In this document: piece by piece, positions 25,536 to 36,823 of the stretch
Layout of the letters: the number at the start of each line of letters is the position of its first letter
Position numbering within the stretch: position 1 is the stretch's first letter
Assembly (NCBI GenBank): GCA_030754595.1
Contig: JASLZZ010000026.1
Span: 1 to 64,000 of the forward strand
Direction of reading: 5' to 3'
DNA: 64,000 bases
DNA from: Nitrospinota bacterium
GTDB lineage: Bacteria > UBA8248
The notes under the pieces: generated by a model
The model's database searches: none
The model's input: only the letters and a program-made list of their open reading frames with translations
What the model was told of the DNA's origin: nothing
Program-made: the position numbers and the translations under genes

Positions 25536-27977
25536 TCAACTTCTGAGGCGGGCCCCCAATTGGCTCTCTAGGTTCCGGACAATTTCCCAGAACACCTGGT
25601 CCACCTCCTCGTCGTTCAAAGTTCGGTCCAAACGCCTGAAAACAAGGGAGTAGGCCAGGCTCTTCTCCCCGGACCCGATGAGGGCCGCATCCCTGTAAAT
25701 GTCAAAAAGCGCCGCCGATTCGAGCCATTCTCCCCCAATCCGTTTGAGCAGCTCCTCGACAGTGGTGTTTGTCACCCCGTTTTCCACCACGATCGCCAGA
25801 GCGCGGAGGGTAGCCGGAAACCGGGGGACCGGCTGGAGCCGTTGCGGCCGGCGGTCGGCACGGCCCAGAGTTTCGATATCCAATTCAAAAACAAAAAGAC
25901 GTTGCCTGACCCCCCATGCCTCAAGGACAGTCTTGTTGAGGCCCCCAATCGTGCCGAACCGGTGCTCTCCGCTCATCACCCAGGCAGCCTCATTCGGGTC
26001 GAGGGGGGAGATTTCGCCCTCAACCGGAGCAAACCGGAAATCGGGCAGCCGAATCTGGCGCCCCATCCGCTCCAGGGCGCCTTTCAGATCGAAAAGCCGG
26101 GCAGGTAGGGCCTCCTCCCCCCCCGGGGATCGTCCTTCGGGCCACAACACATCGGGCGAAACGTCCGAGACCAATGCGGCGATGCGCCGCACCTCATTGG
26201 GTAATTTTTCATCCGGATTCCGGTGAAAAGTCCGGCCAATTTCGAATAATCTCAAATCCCCCGCCCCGCGATTCAGATTCATCGATGCGTTTTCAATGAG
26301 ACCGGCCAGCAGGGTCGTCCGCATCAAATCCATCTCGGCGCTCAGGGGATTTTGAAGGGGAACCACATCCTCGCCGGCATTGCCCAACCTCTCCAAGTCG
26401 GAGCGCCCGACAAAGCTGTAGTTCAAAGCCTCGGTGAATCCAGCAGATATCATCGCCTCCCGAATCTCCTTTTCGAGTCTTCTCGGAGACGGTGGCAGGG
26501 CGGGCGGTGAGGCGGTGGCGGGCAGAGAGGAGGGGAAATTTTCATATCCCCACCGGCGGGCCACCTCTTCGATCAGGTCAATTTCCCGATCAATATCGTG
26601 CCTGAAAACAGGCACCTCGACCTCGATGCGGCCGTTTTCCGAGTCGAGGACAGACATCCCGATGGACTCAAGATTGCGGCGGATTTCAGGAGTCTCGATT
26701 TCAGCGCCCAGAATTTTCGATACCCGCTCCGGGCGCAAGCCCAGGCGAACGGGCGCCGCCGGAGCCGGATGGACATCCACCGCCCCTTCCGCGATTCGTC
26801 CGCCGCCGTATTGCCGAATGAGATGCGCCGCCCAATCGGCCGCCCGGAGGGTCCCCGAGGGGTCAACCCCGCGCTCGAAGCGGAACGAAGCCTCGGTGCT
26901 GATGTTCAGCCTCCTTCGCGTGCTCCTGATGGTCGAGGGCGAGAAATAAGCGCTTTCGAGCAAGATATCCCCGGTCGCATCACTGATTTCGGAATTCGAA
27001 CCCCCCATGACTCCGCCGATGGCCACCGGCCGCCCGGCGTCGCAAATCATGAGATCATCCTCCGTAACTTTTCTCTCCTGCCCGTCCAGCGTTGTGAAGG
27101 GACCGTCCTCCCGGCGCCACCGGCGAACGACGATTCTCCTCTCCGCCAGCTTGTCTAAATCAAAACCATGAAGAGGCTGGCCCAGCGAGAGCATGACGTA
27201 GTTCGTGATATCGACAATGTTGTTGATAGGGCGCATGCCGGCTGCGCGGAGACGGCGTTGCATCCATCCCGGAGAGGGGCCAATCCGGACCCCCCTGATA
27301 ACCCGGGCCATATACCGCGGACATTTATCCGGATCGAGAATTTCCACGCCGCAGAGCGAAGAGACCGCCTCGCCGGTCTCTTCTTCCAAATCCGGGACGG
27401 GAATTTTCAGGGGACTATCAAAGAGGGCCGCCACCTCCCTGGCCACGCCCAGCACCGAAAGACAATCTCCCCGGTTCGGTGTGACGGTGATCTCGAATAT
27501 GACGTCATCGAGCCCCAGGACCGGCGCGGCGGGCTCTCCAGTCCCCAAATCCGGGTCCAGGACGATAATTCCCGAGTGATCGTGCCCGATTCCCAGTTCA
27601 CGCTCCGAGCAGAGCATTCCCTGGCTCTCCTCCCCGCGAATCCGGGCAACCTTGATCTCCATACCGCCCGGCAACGTCGCGCCGGGAGGAGCGAGAACCA
27701 CCTTCTGGCCCGCGTCGACATTGGGCGCCCCGCAGACAATCCCGCGCTCCTCGGTGCCGTCGTGAACCCGGCAAATTGTGAGTTTATCCGCGTTTGGGTG
27801 TTTTTCGGCGGAAAGTACCTCGGCCACGAGGAGGCGATCCATCCACTCGCCCGGCCGGTTGATGACTTCGGCCTCGAGGCCGCTCATCAAAACCCCAAGA
27901 GCGAGGCGCTCCGGAAGCGCCGGGTCCGCCAGGTCGATGTCCACATACTCCGCAAGCCATTCCAGACTGATGCGCAT
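25536..27977 (-). CDS. pheT: Phenylalanine--tRNA ligase beta subunit
   Basis: HPNADKL, IVCGAPNV, TPNRGDCLS, RFERGVD and DLIEEVAR. Confidence 0.97.
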   Translation of the reverse strand: MRISLEWLAEYVDIDLADPALPERLALGVLMSGLEAEVINRPGEWMDRLLVAEVLSAEKHPNADKLTICRVHDGTEERGIVCGAPNVDAGQKVVLAPPGATLPGGMEIKVARIRGEESQGMLCSERELGIGHDHSGIIVLDPDLGTGEPAAPVLGLDDVIFEITVTPNRGDCLSVLGVAREVAALFDSPLKIPVPDLEEETGEAVSSLCGVEILDPDKCPRYMARVIRGVRIGPSPGWMQRRLRAAGMRPINNIVDITNYVMLSLGQPLHGFDLDKLAERRIVVRRWRREDGPFTTLDGQERKVTEDDLMICDAGRPVAIGGVMGGSNSEISDATGDILLESAYFSPSTIRSTRRRLNISTEASFRFERGVDPSGTLRAADWAAHLIRQYGGGRIAEGAVDVHPAPAAPVRLGLRPERVSKILGAEIETPEIRRNLESIGMSVLDSENGRIEVEVPVFRHDIDREIDLIEEVARRWGYENFPSSLPATASPPALPPSPRRLEKEIREAMISAGFTEALNYSFVGRSDLERLGNAGEDVVPLQNPLSAEMDLMRTTLLAGLIENASMNLNRGAGDLRLFEIGRTFHRNPDEKLPNEVRRIAALVSDVSPDVLWPEGRSPGGEEALPARLFDLKGALERMGRQIRLPDFRFAPVEGEISPLDPNEAAWVMSGEHRFGTIGGLNKTVLEAWGVRQRLFVFELDIETLGRADRRPQRLQPVPRFPATLRALAIVVENGVTNTTVEELLKRIGGEWLESAALFDIYRDAALIGSGEKSLAYSLVFRRLDRTLNDEEVDQVFWEIVRNLESQLGARLRS

Positions 27978-28034
27978 TTTCTCTCTTTCGGGTTCTCGAT
28001 TCGAGGAACAGCCCGGGCCCTCATTGCCCGGCGG

Positions 28035-29129
28035 CTAGAACTGCTGGAGCATTCGAATATCGTTTTCAAAAAACATGCGAATGTCATTTATTCCGTAGCG
28101 GAGCATCGCCACACGCTCTACACCCAGACCCCATGCGAAACCGCTCCACTTTTCGGGATCGTAGCCCACGGCCTCGAAAACCGCCGGATCGACCATGCCC
28201 GCCCCGAGGACCTCGAGCCACTCGCCTCCCGCCAAGTGGTCGCAGGCGATGTCCACTTCGGCGCTCGGCTCGGTGAACGGGAAAAAACTCGGCCTCAGGC
28301 GAATTCGGAACTCGGGACCGAATATCTCATGTACGAAGGTTTCGAGGGTTCCCTTCAGGTCGGCGAAAGAAAGACCCTCGTCCACATAGAGACCTTCGAT
28401 TTGATGAAACATCGGAGAGTGAGTGACGTCCGCATCGCAGCGAAACACCTTACCCGGAGCGATGATCTTCACCGGGGGTTGCTGTTTTTCCATTATTCGG
28501 ATTTGAACAGGAGAGGTGTGCGTACGCAAAAGAACGTCGTCGGAGACATAAAACGTATCCTGCATATCGCGGGCGGGATGATCCTTGGGAATATTCAGGG
28601 CTTCGAAATTGTAACTGTCCAGTTCGATCTCCGGGCCCTCGGCAATCGAATAGCCCAGCCGGGTCAGGACATCGATAATATCCTCCATCGTCTGGACGAT
28701 GGGGTGTTTGTGCCCGAGGGGCGGATAACGCCCCGGCACGGTCAGATCAATCCTCGAATTCGAATCTGCTCCTTTATCCTGGAAACTTAAAACGCCCTCG
28801 GGAATTTCGACCAAACCGAACAAAAACGATTTCCCGTCTTTTTGCTCGATTTGCGATTGAACCGCCTCCTGTACGCCCGGGGCGTCCCCTCGTTTGTGCG
28901 CCGCCAGGGTTTTTTCAATCAGCCATTTCAAGCGGTTGGCCACGGGACCGACGATCCGCTTTTCTTCCTGGGAAAGATCCTTAAGGCCCTTGGTAACCTC
29001 GGTCAGGACCCCGCCCTTGCGCCCGAGGTAGCGGAGCCTGATTTCCTCGGCCTGTGCCTCGTCAGAAACCTGCAAGATGGAGACGAGAGCTTCGCGGGCG
29101 AGCTCATGGAGATCGTTAACACTCGTCAT
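28035..29129 (-). CDS. pheS: Phenylalanine--tRNA ligase alpha subunit
   Basis: HPARDMQDTFY, LRTHTSPVQ, FHQIEG, FPFTEPS and GLGVER. Confidence 0.97.
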   Translation of the reverse strand: MTSVNDLHELAREALVSILQVSDEAQAEEIRLRYLGRKGGVLTEVTKGLKDLSQEEKRIVGPVANRLKWLIEKTLAAHKRGDAPGVQEAVQSQIEQKDGKSFLFGLVEIPEGVLSFQDKGADSNSRIDLTVPGRYPPLGHKHPIVQTMEDIIDVLTRLGYSIAEGPEIELDSYNFEALNIPKDHPARDMQDTFYVSDDVLLRTHTSPVQIRIMEKQQPPVKIIAPGKVFRCDADVTHSPMFHQIEGLYVDEGLSFADLKGTLETFVHEIFGPEFRIRLRPSFFPFTEPSAEVDIACDHLAGGEWLEVLGAGMVDPAVFEAVGYDPEKWSGFAWGLGVERVAMLRYGINDIRMFFENDIRMLQQF

Positions 29130-29150
29130 ATCCGAACCTCATGCACCTGC

Positions 29151-29181
29151 AAAAAAGGCTCCGCCCTTCCGGACGGAGCCT
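29151..29181 (-). terminator. Intrinsic terminator after rplT
   Basis: Minus strand AGGCTCCGTCC-GGAA-GGGCGGAGCC followed by TTTTTT. Confidence 0.8.
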
Positions 29182-29204
29182 GATAATTCCGGGTTCACAG
29201 ATCC

Positions 29205-29558
29205 CTAAGCGGCTGTCCGGGCGATCTCCACGAGCTTTGAAAACGCGGGCGGATCGGACACAGCCAGTTCGGCCAGAATCTTCCGGTTCACTTCGACCCC
29301 CGCCTTGTTGAGACCGTCGATAAACCGGCTGTAGTTCATCCCCAACTCGCGGACGGCGGCGTTGATGCGCACGGTCCAGAGCCGGCGAAATTCCCGCTTT
29401 CGATTTCGGCGGTCACGGTAGGCGTACGCCATCGCACGGAGAACGGTTTCATTAGCCGAACGATAGCGTTTCGATCGCGCCCCGCGATTCCCCCTGGCCA
29501 CTTTCAGCAACCGTTTTTTGCGCGCCCGATGGGCCGGAGCTCCTGTTGAACGGGGCAT
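29205..29558 (-). CDS. rplT: 50S ribosomal protein L20
   Basis: [24 protein letters not shown] and [10 protein letters not shown]. Confidence 0.97.
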   Translation of the reverse strand: MPRSTGAPAHRARKKRLLKVARGNRGARSKRYRSANETVLRAMAYAYRDRRNRKREFRRLWTVRINAAVRELGMNYSRFIDGLNKAGVEVNRKILAELAVSDPPAFSKLVEIARTAA

Positions 29559-29773
29559 ACCGTCGATTCCTCATTCAAATCAAAAAGCAGGGCCTACTCA
29601 AAGAAAATCCGGCCACACTCAAAAAAAAGCCTTCCCCGGGGACCAATTTCAACGCGCCGGAATATACCCGTTGCCCAAACCTTCTGCAAGCCTTCGTGGA
29701 GCCAGTCCCTTTTACCCCCACGAACCGGGATGATTGCATCGCAAGCTATTGATTTAAATTAAGATACGTTGAC

Positions 29774-29971
29774 CTAGCGATTCGGGAGCAACCGCCTGAC
29801 AAGGGGGAGATCGGCGTCCGACACCAGTGAACTGTGGCGCATTTCCCGCTTGTGCTTAGTGGTCTTCTTGGTGAGGATATGGCGGCGATGCGAATTATTC
29901 CGCTTGATCTTACCGCTTCCCGTCACCTTAAAGCGCTTTGCGGCGCCTCTATTGGTTTTAAGCTTCGGCAT
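29774..29971 (-). CDS. rpmI: 50S ribosomal protein L35
   Basis: [21 protein letters not shown] and HILTKK. Confidence 0.97.
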   Translation of the reverse strand: MPKLKTNRGAAKRFKVTGSGKIKRNNSHRRHILTKKTTKHKREMRHSSLVSDADLPLVRRLLPNR

Positions 29972-30680
29972 TATCTGTCCCTTCCTCGGTTTTTTCTTCT
30001 TTTTCTTGCTCTTGAGGCTCCTCGGCGGGCACTGCGGCCCCGTCAGCCTCCTCTTTGAGGCTCTCGGCCAAAGGCGCCTTCAGAGTCCCTTCCTCTTCGG
30101 TCACGCGCGAGGTTTTATCAGACTTTCCCTTGGCTGCGCCAGCGGCCTTGAGCTTCGCCGCCGCTTTATTGGGAGCCAAAACCATGGTCATGTTACGGCC
30201 TTCAAGCAGGGGCCTCTGCTCGACAGTGCCAATCTCCATGAGATCGTTCGCCACGCGGTCCAGAATTTTCCTGCCCAAATCGGGATGGGTCACCTCCCGC
30301 CCCCTGAACATGATCGTCACCTTCGCCTTGTTTCCGTCAAGCAAGAAGCGTTCGGCATGATTTTTCTTGAATTCATAGTCGTGCTCGTCTATTTTGATTC
30401 GCATCTTTACTTCCTTGAGCTCGACAATTTTTTGCCGCTTCTTGGCCTCTTTCCCTTTTTTCTGTTGCGTATATTTATAGCGGCCGTAATCCATTATTTT
30501 ACATACGGGGGGTTCGGAGTTCGGAGCGACTTCGACAAGGTCGAGATCGCGGTCCTCGGCCGCATGCACGGCATCGTCAACCGAGAGGATTCCCATTTGC
30601 TCACCTTTCTCGTCGATCACTCTCACCTGAGGAACGCGAATGTCATGGTTGATACGCGGCCCTGTGACCGTCGGGCGAAT
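29958..30680 (-). CDS. infC: Translation initiation factor IF-3 (probable ATT start)
   Basis: [26 protein letters not shown] and IMFRGRE. An in-frame ATT at 30680 follows the SD-like GAGGAAGG; an alternative ATG lies at 30707. Confidence 0.95.
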   Translation of the reverse strand: MRPTVTGPRINHDIRVPQVRVIDEKGEQMGILSVDDAVHAAEDRDLDLVEVAPNSEPPVCKIMDYGRYKYTQQKKGKEAKKRQKIVELKEVKMRIKIDEHDYEFKKNHAERFLLDGNKAKVTIMFRGREVTHPDLGRKILDRVANDLMEIGTVEQRPLLEGRNMTMVLAPNKAAAKLKAAGAAKGKSDKTSRVTEEEGTLKAPLAESLKEEADGAAVPAEEPQEQEKEEKTEEGTDNAEA

Positions 30681-30708
30681 ATCCCTTCCTCGCGAGCGAA
30701 GCACCATA

Positions 30709-32586
30709 TTAATTTTCTCCAGGAGAGAAGGCTCGGGATTCAACATCCGAACGAATTTGACTCATAACTTCCTCCAAGGCCAGGACTCCAACATCCCCTT
30801 TACCGCGGACGCGCAGCGCAACCTGACTCGATTCCATTTCCCGGGCCCCGATGACCAGCATATAGGGAACCTTCGCCAACTGGGCTTCCCTTATTTTTTT
30901 CCCTATCTTTTCGTTGCGGAAATCCGACTCGACACGGTAACCGGCGTCGCGAAGGTTTTGCGCCACCTTTTTTCCAAATGGAATCTGAGCGTCGGTAATC
31001 GTCATTATCTTAGCCTGAACGGGCGCAAGCCAGGTGGGAAACGCGCCCGCATAGTGCTCGATCAGTCCTCCGACAAAACGCTCCATCGATCCGAGCACCG
31101 TCCGGTGAATCATCACGACCAAATGGCGTTCTCCGTCCGACCCGACGTACCTGAGATTGAACCTCTTCGGAAGGTTGAAATCGAACTGAATCGTAGGGCC
31201 CTGCCATCCCCGCCCGAGGGCATCGAACATTTTGATATCGATTTTAGGACCATAAAAGGCTGCTTCACCCTCGATGCGCTTATAGGGAATCTCCCGGGTC
31301 TCGAGCGCCCGCTTCAGGGCCTCCTCCGAGGCGGCCCAATCCTCCCGGGTACCCGCGTATTTGTTGAAATTTTCGGGGTCGTGCACCGAAAGTTCGATTT
31401 CGAACTTCTCGTAGCCGAAAGTCTCCAGCATGAACCGGGCCAGGTCGATGACGTCGATGACTTCGTCTTCCGCTTGCTCGGGGGTGCAGAATATGTGCGC
31501 GTCGTCTTGGGTGAAACCCCGGACCCGGAGCATCCCGTGCAACACCCCGCTTCGCTCGTAGCGGTAAACCGTCCCCATCTCCGCCAACCGGTAGGGCAGG
31601 TCGCGGTAGCTGCGCGTATCCTCCTGATAGATGAGGATATGGCCCGGGCAATTCATGGGTTTGAGCACGTACTCCTGCTCGTCGATGTTCAGGACATACA
31701 TATTTTCCCTGTAAAAATCATAATGCCCCGAAATCTTGAACAACTCGTCGCGGGCAATATGAGGAATGGTCACAAGCTGGTATTCGCGCTTGATGTGCTC
31801 GTCGTCCCAAAAACGCTCTATAACCTTCCTGACGATGTTGCCCTTGGGCTGCCAGTAGATCAGCCCCGGCCCCGCGTTTTCGTCGACCAAAAAGAGCCCA
31901 AGCTGTTTTCCCAACACGCGGTGATCGCGCGCCTTCGCCTCCTCGAGCCTTTTGAGATGTTCTTCGAGGTCTTCCCGGCCCGGGTACGAGGTCCCGTAAA
32001 TGCGCTGGAGCATCTTGTTTTTTTCATCGCCCCGCCAATAGGCCCCGGCGACGCTGAGCAGCCTGAAATGCTTTAACTTCGACGTGGAGGACATATGGGG
32101 GCCGCGGCACAAATCGACGAAATCCCCTTGGCGGTAGATGGAAATCGTCTCTCCGGCCGGAAGTTCGTTGATCATTTCAATTTTATAGGATTCGCCGCGC
32201 TCCTCGAACAATTTGAGGGCATCGGTGCGATCAATTTCGTCTCGCTCAATCGGAAAACCGCGTTTGGCGAGCTTCGACATGCGCTTTTCGATTTCCTTGA
32301 GGTCTTCGGGAACAAACGAGCGATCTAAATCAATGTCATAGTAGAAACCGCTATCGATGGGAGGCCCGATGGTGAGTTGAGCACCCGGGAAAAGCTCCAG
32401 AATCGCCTGCGCCATGAGGTGGGCAGTGCTATGACGCAGAATCTCCAGCCCCTCTTGGGAATCCAGCGTCACATACTCGACCGCTGCGCCTGAAGGCGGG
32501 ACGCTATCCAGATCGACCATTATTCCGTCGATCCTGAGAGCGGCGGCATTTTTGGGCGGATTTTTCAATTCAGATCGAACAACCAT
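30709..32586 (-). CDS. thrS: Threonine--tRNA ligase
   Basis: RHSTAHLMAQA, DLCRGPH, RDHRVLG, KPMNCPGH and AFYGPKID. Confidence 0.98.
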   Translation of the reverse strand: MVVRSELKNPPKNAAALRIDGIMVDLDSVPPSGAAVEYVTLDSQEGLEILRHSTAHLMAQAILELFPGAQLTIGPPIDSGFYYDIDLDRSFVPEDLKEIEKRMSKLAKRGFPIERDEIDRTDALKLFEERGESYKIEMINELPAGETISIYRQGDFVDLCRGPHMSSTSKLKHFRLLSVAGAYWRGDEKNKMLQRIYGTSYPGREDLEEHLKRLEEAKARDHRVLGKQLGLFLVDENAGPGLIYWQPKGNIVRKVIERFWDDEHIKREYQLVTIPHIARDELFKISGHYDFYRENMYVLNIDEQEYVLKPMNCPGHILIYQEDTRSYRDLPYRLAEMGTVYRYERSGVLHGMLRVRGFTQDDAHIFCTPEQAEDEVIDVIDLARFMLETFGYEKFEIELSVHDPENFNKYAGTREDWAASEEALKRALETREIPYKRIEGEAAFYGPKIDIKMFDALGRGWQGPTIQFDFNLPKRFNLRYVGSDGERHLVVMIHRTVLGSMERFVGGLIEHYAGAFPTWLAPVQAKIMTITDAQIPFGKKVAQNLRDAGYRVESDFRNEKIGKKIREAQLAKVPYMLVIGAREMESSQVALRVRGKGDVGVLALEEVMSQIRSDVESRAFSPGEN

Positions 32587-32680
32587 ATTTTAGTGGCTAC
32601 GCCAAAAACTCCTCTACATAAAAACAAAAGTGAACACACAAGAAAACCTTCTCAGATTCTTCTTTTCAAAACAAATGTCT

Positions 32681-32755
32681 TGGTAGGCGCGGGCGGTTTT
32701 GAACCGCCGACCTCTTGCGTGTCAAGCAAGCGCTCTCCCCCTGAGCTACGCGCCT
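32681..32755 (-). tRNA. tRNA-Val(GAC)
   Basis: Cloverleaf AGGCGCGTAGCTCAG...CTTGC-TT-GAC-AC-GCAAG...GGTTCAAAACC...CGCGCCTACCA with encoded CCA. Confidence 0.96.
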
Positions 32756-32773
32756 ATGAACCAGTATTTACGA

Positions 32774-32803
32774 ATCATAAAAAAGCGCCGCAATCATTGT
32801 CAA
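32774..32803 (-). promoter_or_regulatory. Sigma70-type promoter for tRNA-Val/thrS
   Basis: TTGACA-N18-TATGAT on the minus strand. Confidence 0.6.
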
Positions 32804-32892
32804 TGCGTGTTTTCACCTATTCATTGAGGCGCTCCGTCTATCGACCGGGCCTTAGCCTCGGCCTTGAATCCCGGCCCTCAAACCCAGCCGGA

Positions 32893-35421
32893 TTACCCGG
32901 ATCGCCGGGCGATGGCGCCGCCCCGCTTCTTGCCCCCGACTTGAGGCGTTTTGGGAACCGAAGCGGGCCGCCTTTTCGTATCGGCCCCGAGCGAGCGGGT
33001 CAATCCCTTCTTTTTCATCGCCGCCTTGGACGCAGAGGCGTTTTTATTCCTCGTTTTCGGAAGCAGGCAAATCTCCACCACTTCGTCAATATTTTCGACG
33101 TAATGAATATCGAGTCCCAGCGGGGTCTCCTCCTCCAGTTCAATTACATCTTTTTCGTTTTCCCTCGGGAGGATTACCTTCGGAATTCCGCCCCGCCGCG
33201 CGGCGAGAAGTTTCTCCTTCACGCCGCCAATAGTGAGAACCCGCCCCCGAAGAGTGACCTCTCCGCTCATCGCGACATCGTGGCGGACTTTTCTGCCGCT
33301 TAAGGCGCTGGCCAGGGCGACACCCATGGTGATTCCCGCGGAAGGTCCATCCTTGGGTATCGCTCCTTCGGGAAAGTGGATATGTATATCTTTCTTCTCG
33401 AAGAAATTTCCCGGAATCCCCAATTCCTTCGTCCGCGACCGAAGCCATGAAATGGCGGCCCGCGCACTCTCTTTCATCACATCACCCAACTTTCCGGTCA
33501 GGATCAGACCGCCCTTTCCGGCAAAAACACTGACCTCCATCGGGAGAAGCACTCCTCCCATCGGCGTCCAGGCCAAGCCGGTCGCCACACCCAAGCCCGC
33601 TCTGGATTCGGGCCGGTCGAGCGTATAGCGGCGCACCCCCAGATACTTCTCAAGAGAACCAGGCGTAACCCGGATGGATATCCTCCGATCCGCAACGCCC
33701 GCTTTTTTCCCTTTGCGGTTTTTAGCTCTCGCGCCTTTTTCCGCGACTAATTTCCGCGCCACCTTCCTGCAAAGGCTCCCAAGCTCTCGCTCCAGATTCC
33801 GGACTCCGGATTCACGCGTATATTCGTTTATAATCCGGGGTATCGTGTCATCCGGAATTTCGATGTTCTCCTCACCGAGACCGTGTTCCTCGCGTTGTTT
33901 TGGAACCAAGAAGCGCTTGGCGATTTCAATTTTCTCCTCGTCCGTATAACCGGGTAGATTTATCACCTCCATCCGGTCGAGGAGAGCGGGAGTAATGGCA
34001 TCAGTCGAATTGGCCGTCGTTATGAAAAAAACCTGACTCAGATCGTAATCCACCTCGAGATAGTGATCGTTGAAATTCTTGTTCTGCTCGGGGTCGAGAG
34101 TTTCGAGCAAAGCCGACGCGGGGTCACCCCTGAAATCGGCCCCCATTTTGTCGATTTCATCCAGCAAAAAAACCGGATTGTGCGTTCCCGCCTTTTTCAT
34201 CGACTGGACGATCCTGCCCGGCAGAGCGCCTATATACGTTCTCCTGTGCCCTCTGATCTCGGCCTCGTCTCGAACGCCCCCAAGCGAAACGCGAATGAAT
34301 TTCCTCCCGAGCGCGTTGGCGACGCTCCTGCCCAACGATGTTTTACCGACACCCGGAGGCCCGACAAAGCATAAAATCGGCCCTCGGATTCCTTTGTTCA
34401 ATATCTTGACCGCCAAATGCTCGAGAATTCTTTCCTTCACTTTCCTGAGGCCGAAGTGATCGCTCTCGAGAATTTTCCAGGCCTGCTCCAAGTCGTTCCG
34501 ATCACGGGTTTTCTTTGACCAAGGGACGTCCAGCAGCCATTCCACATAGGTTCTGACCACCGATGCTTCCGGTGATAATGGCGTCATCATGTCGAGGCGA
34601 CCGATCTCTTTTTCAACTTTCTCGGCGACTTCCCTGGGGAGGCGGAGTTCCTTGGCCTTTTGGCGAAGTTCTTCGCTGTCGCCCATCATGCCGTCCGACT
34701 CTCCGAGTTCTTTTTGAATCGCCTTGAGTTGCTCGGAGAGGTAAAATTCTTTTTGATTCTTGTTCATCTGCCGTCTGGCCCTGGAGCGGACCTTGCGTTC
34801 AACCTTCAGCAACTCGATCTCCCGGTCAATAAGCGATGAGAGCGCATCGATTCGATCTTCCGGATCGATGGTTTCGAGCAACTGCTGCCTTTCCGACTGG
34901 TTGATCGGAAGGTTGGCCGAAATCGCATCGGCAATCGCCGATGGATTTTCCAGGCATTCTATCGCCGCATATATCTCGTGCGGAATCCGCTGGTTAACCC
35001 GAAGATAATCCTCGAAAAGGGAAAGAAGACCCCGGCAGCGCGCTTCCAGGTTCAGGGTGACTTCACCGGATTCTTCGGCGGATACCACCTCGGCCCACAG
35101 CGATTCCCCCTCGATATAGAATTCCTTCACATTCGCCCGGGACAAACCCTCGACCAACACTTTGATGGTTCCGTCGCTTAGGCGCAGCACCTGGAGAATT
35201 TCGGCTTCGGTCCCAATCTGATGAAGATCCTCAGTCTCGGGATCCTCATCCCGCGGGTCGCGCTGCGCGACAAGAAGCAGCCGAGTCGCGGAAGGAGGAA
35301 GGGACTCCACAGTCGCCAGCGCCCGGCCTCTTGCCACGAATATGGGTGTGGTTACGTGAGGGAACAGAACCAACTCCCGCAGGGGAACGCACGGAAGGAC
35401 GTAGGTATCAGCAGGACTCAC
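32893..35421 (-). CDS. lon: ATP-dependent Lon protease
   Basis: LON N-domain, [19 protein letters not shown] and catalytic PKDGPSAG. Confidence 0.97.
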   Translation of the reverse strand: MSPADTYVLPCVPLRELVLFPHVTTPIFVARGRALATVESLPPSATRLLLVAQRDPRDEDPETEDLHQIGTEAEILQVLRLSDGTIKVLVEGLSRANVKEFYIEGESLWAEVVSAEESGEVTLNLEARCRGLLSLFEDYLRVNQRIPHEIYAAIECLENPSAIADAISANLPINQSERQQLLETIDPEDRIDALSSLIDREIELLKVERKVRSRARRQMNKNQKEFYLSEQLKAIQKELGESDGMMGDSEELRQKAKELRLPREVAEKVEKEIGRLDMMTPLSPEASVVRTYVEWLLDVPWSKKTRDRNDLEQAWKILESDHFGLRKVKERILEHLAVKILNKGIRGPILCFVGPPGVGKTSLGRSVANALGRKFIRVSLGGVRDEAEIRGHRRTYIGALPGRIVQSMKKAGTHNPVFLLDEIDKMGADFRGDPASALLETLDPEQNKNFNDHYLEVDYDLSQVFFITTANSTDAITPALLDRMEVINLPGYTDEEKIEIAKRFLVPKQREEHGLGEENIEIPDDTIPRIINEYTRESGVRNLERELGSLCRKVARKLVAEKGARAKNRKGKKAGVADRRISIRVTPGSLEKYLGVRRYTLDRPESRAGLGVATGLAWTPMGGVLLPMEVSVFAGKGGLILTGKLGDVMKESARAAISWLRSRTKELGIPGNFFEKKDIHIHFPEGAIPKDGPSAGITMGVALASALSGRKVRHDVAMSGEVTLRGRVLTIGGVKEKLLAARRGGIPKVILPRENEKDVIELEEETPLGLDIHYVENIDEVVEICLLPKTRNKNASASKAAMKKKGLTRSLGADTKRRPASVPKTPQVGGKKRGGAIARRSG

Positions 35422-35470
35422 AAATTCCTCATTGCCAGATTATCGGCAAACCCGGGGTGGACGACAGTTG

Positions 35471-36712
35471 CTAGCTCGCTTTTTCGTAGACCAACAAAGG
35501 TTTTTCTTTCCGGTGCACGACGTTCTCGTCAATCACGATTTCCTTGACATCTCCCCTCGAAGGCAGGTCGAACATCGTCTCAAGCATGATATCTTCAATA
35601 ATCGAGCGAAGGCCCCGGGCGCCGGTCTTATGCTCAAGCGCCAACCGGGCGATCTCCTCAAGGGCGGAGCCCGTGAACCGGAGAACGGCGCCCTCGAATT
35701 CAACCAGTTTGCAAAATTGCTTGACCAGCGCGTTTCGGGGCTCGGTGAGAATCTTCACCAGCGCCTCTTCATCCAGCTCATTTAGCGTCGAGAGGACGGG
35801 AAGCCGGCCGACAAATTCGGGAATCAGACCGTATTTCAACAGGTCCTCCGGCGATACCTGCGAGAGCACCTCGCTCATCGTTTCGTCGTCCTGGGATTTT
35901 AGTTCGGCCTCGAACCCAAGGCCGCGCCGGCCGACCCGGTTCCTGACTATCGAGTCCAATCCGACGAAGGCCCCGCCGCAGATGAAAAGGATATTAACCG
36001 TATCCACGCGGAGGAATTCTTGATGGGGATGCTTGCGCCCGCCCTGGGGGGGCACGTTGGCAATGGTCCCCTCGATGATTTTGAGCAGCGCTTGTTGAAC
36101 GCCCTCCCCCGAAACATCGCGTGTAATCGACGGGTTTTCGCTCTTTCGGCTGATCTTGTCGATTTCATCGATATAAATAATTCCCCGCTCCGCCTTGGGC
36201 ACATCGTAATCGGCCACCTGGAGCAATTTGAGAATGATGTTTTCGACATCCTCGCCCACGTAGCCCGCTTCGGTCAGCGTTGTCGCATCAACGATCGCGA
36301 AGGGAACGTCAAGGACTCTCGCCAGGGTCTGGGCCATGAGCGTCTTGCCCGAGCCGGTTGGCCCGACCAGCAGGATATTGCTTTTTTGAAGCTCCACGTC
36401 CTGGAGATCCACCTTGGCGTCAACACGCTTGTAGTGGTTGTAGACGGCGACCGAAAGAATTTTTTTCGCCCGCTCCTGGCCGATGATGTGCTCATCGAGG
36501 ATGGACTTGATCTCGGCGGGCTTGAGAAGTTTTTTCGCCTCCCTTTTCCGCTCCTCGTTCCACTCCTCCATCATGATTTCGTTGCACAACTCGACACACT
36601 CGTCGCAGACGTACACCTGAGGTCCGGCGATGAGCTTCCTTACCTCTTCCTGGCTCTTATCGCAGAACGAGCACCGCAATGAATCCGTATTGTCAGTCCC
36701 TCGTTTGGCCAT
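35471..36712 (-). CDS. clpX: ClpX ATPase
   Basis: Zinc finger CSFC...[26 protein letters not shown] and GGRKHP. Confidence 0.98.
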   Translation of the reverse strand: MAKRGTDNTDSLRCSFCDKSQEEVRKLIAGPQVYVCDECVELCNEIMMEEWNEERKREAKKLLKPAEIKSILDEHIIGQERAKKILSVAVYNHYKRVDAKVDLQDVELQKSNILLVGPTGSGKTLMAQTLARVLDVPFAIVDATTLTEAGYVGEDVENIILKLLQVADYDVPKAERGIIYIDEIDKISRKSENPSITRDVSGEGVQQALLKIIEGTIANVPPQGGRKHPHQEFLRVDTVNILFICGGAFVGLDSIVRNRVGRRGLGFEAELKSQDDETMSEVLSQVSPEDLLKYGLIPEFVGRLPVLSTLNELDEEALVKILTEPRNALVKQFCKLVEFEGAVLRFTGSALEEIARLALEHKTGARGLRSIIEDIMLETMFDLPSRGDVKEIVIDENVVHRKEKPLLVYEKAS

Positions 36713-36823
36713 GAATTTCTACCTCAAGTATCGAACAACCAAACCAATAACACACAAAAAGAAAGTATACCTTCAAGTACAGCGAACATAAATCGAAAAC
36801 AGCCCGATCCGGGACAATCTTTC

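Noticed and set aside
32587..32680. T-box leader upstream of thrS
   Set aside because: Only about 95 bp separate tRNA-Val and thrS, with no T-box consensus or terminator visible.
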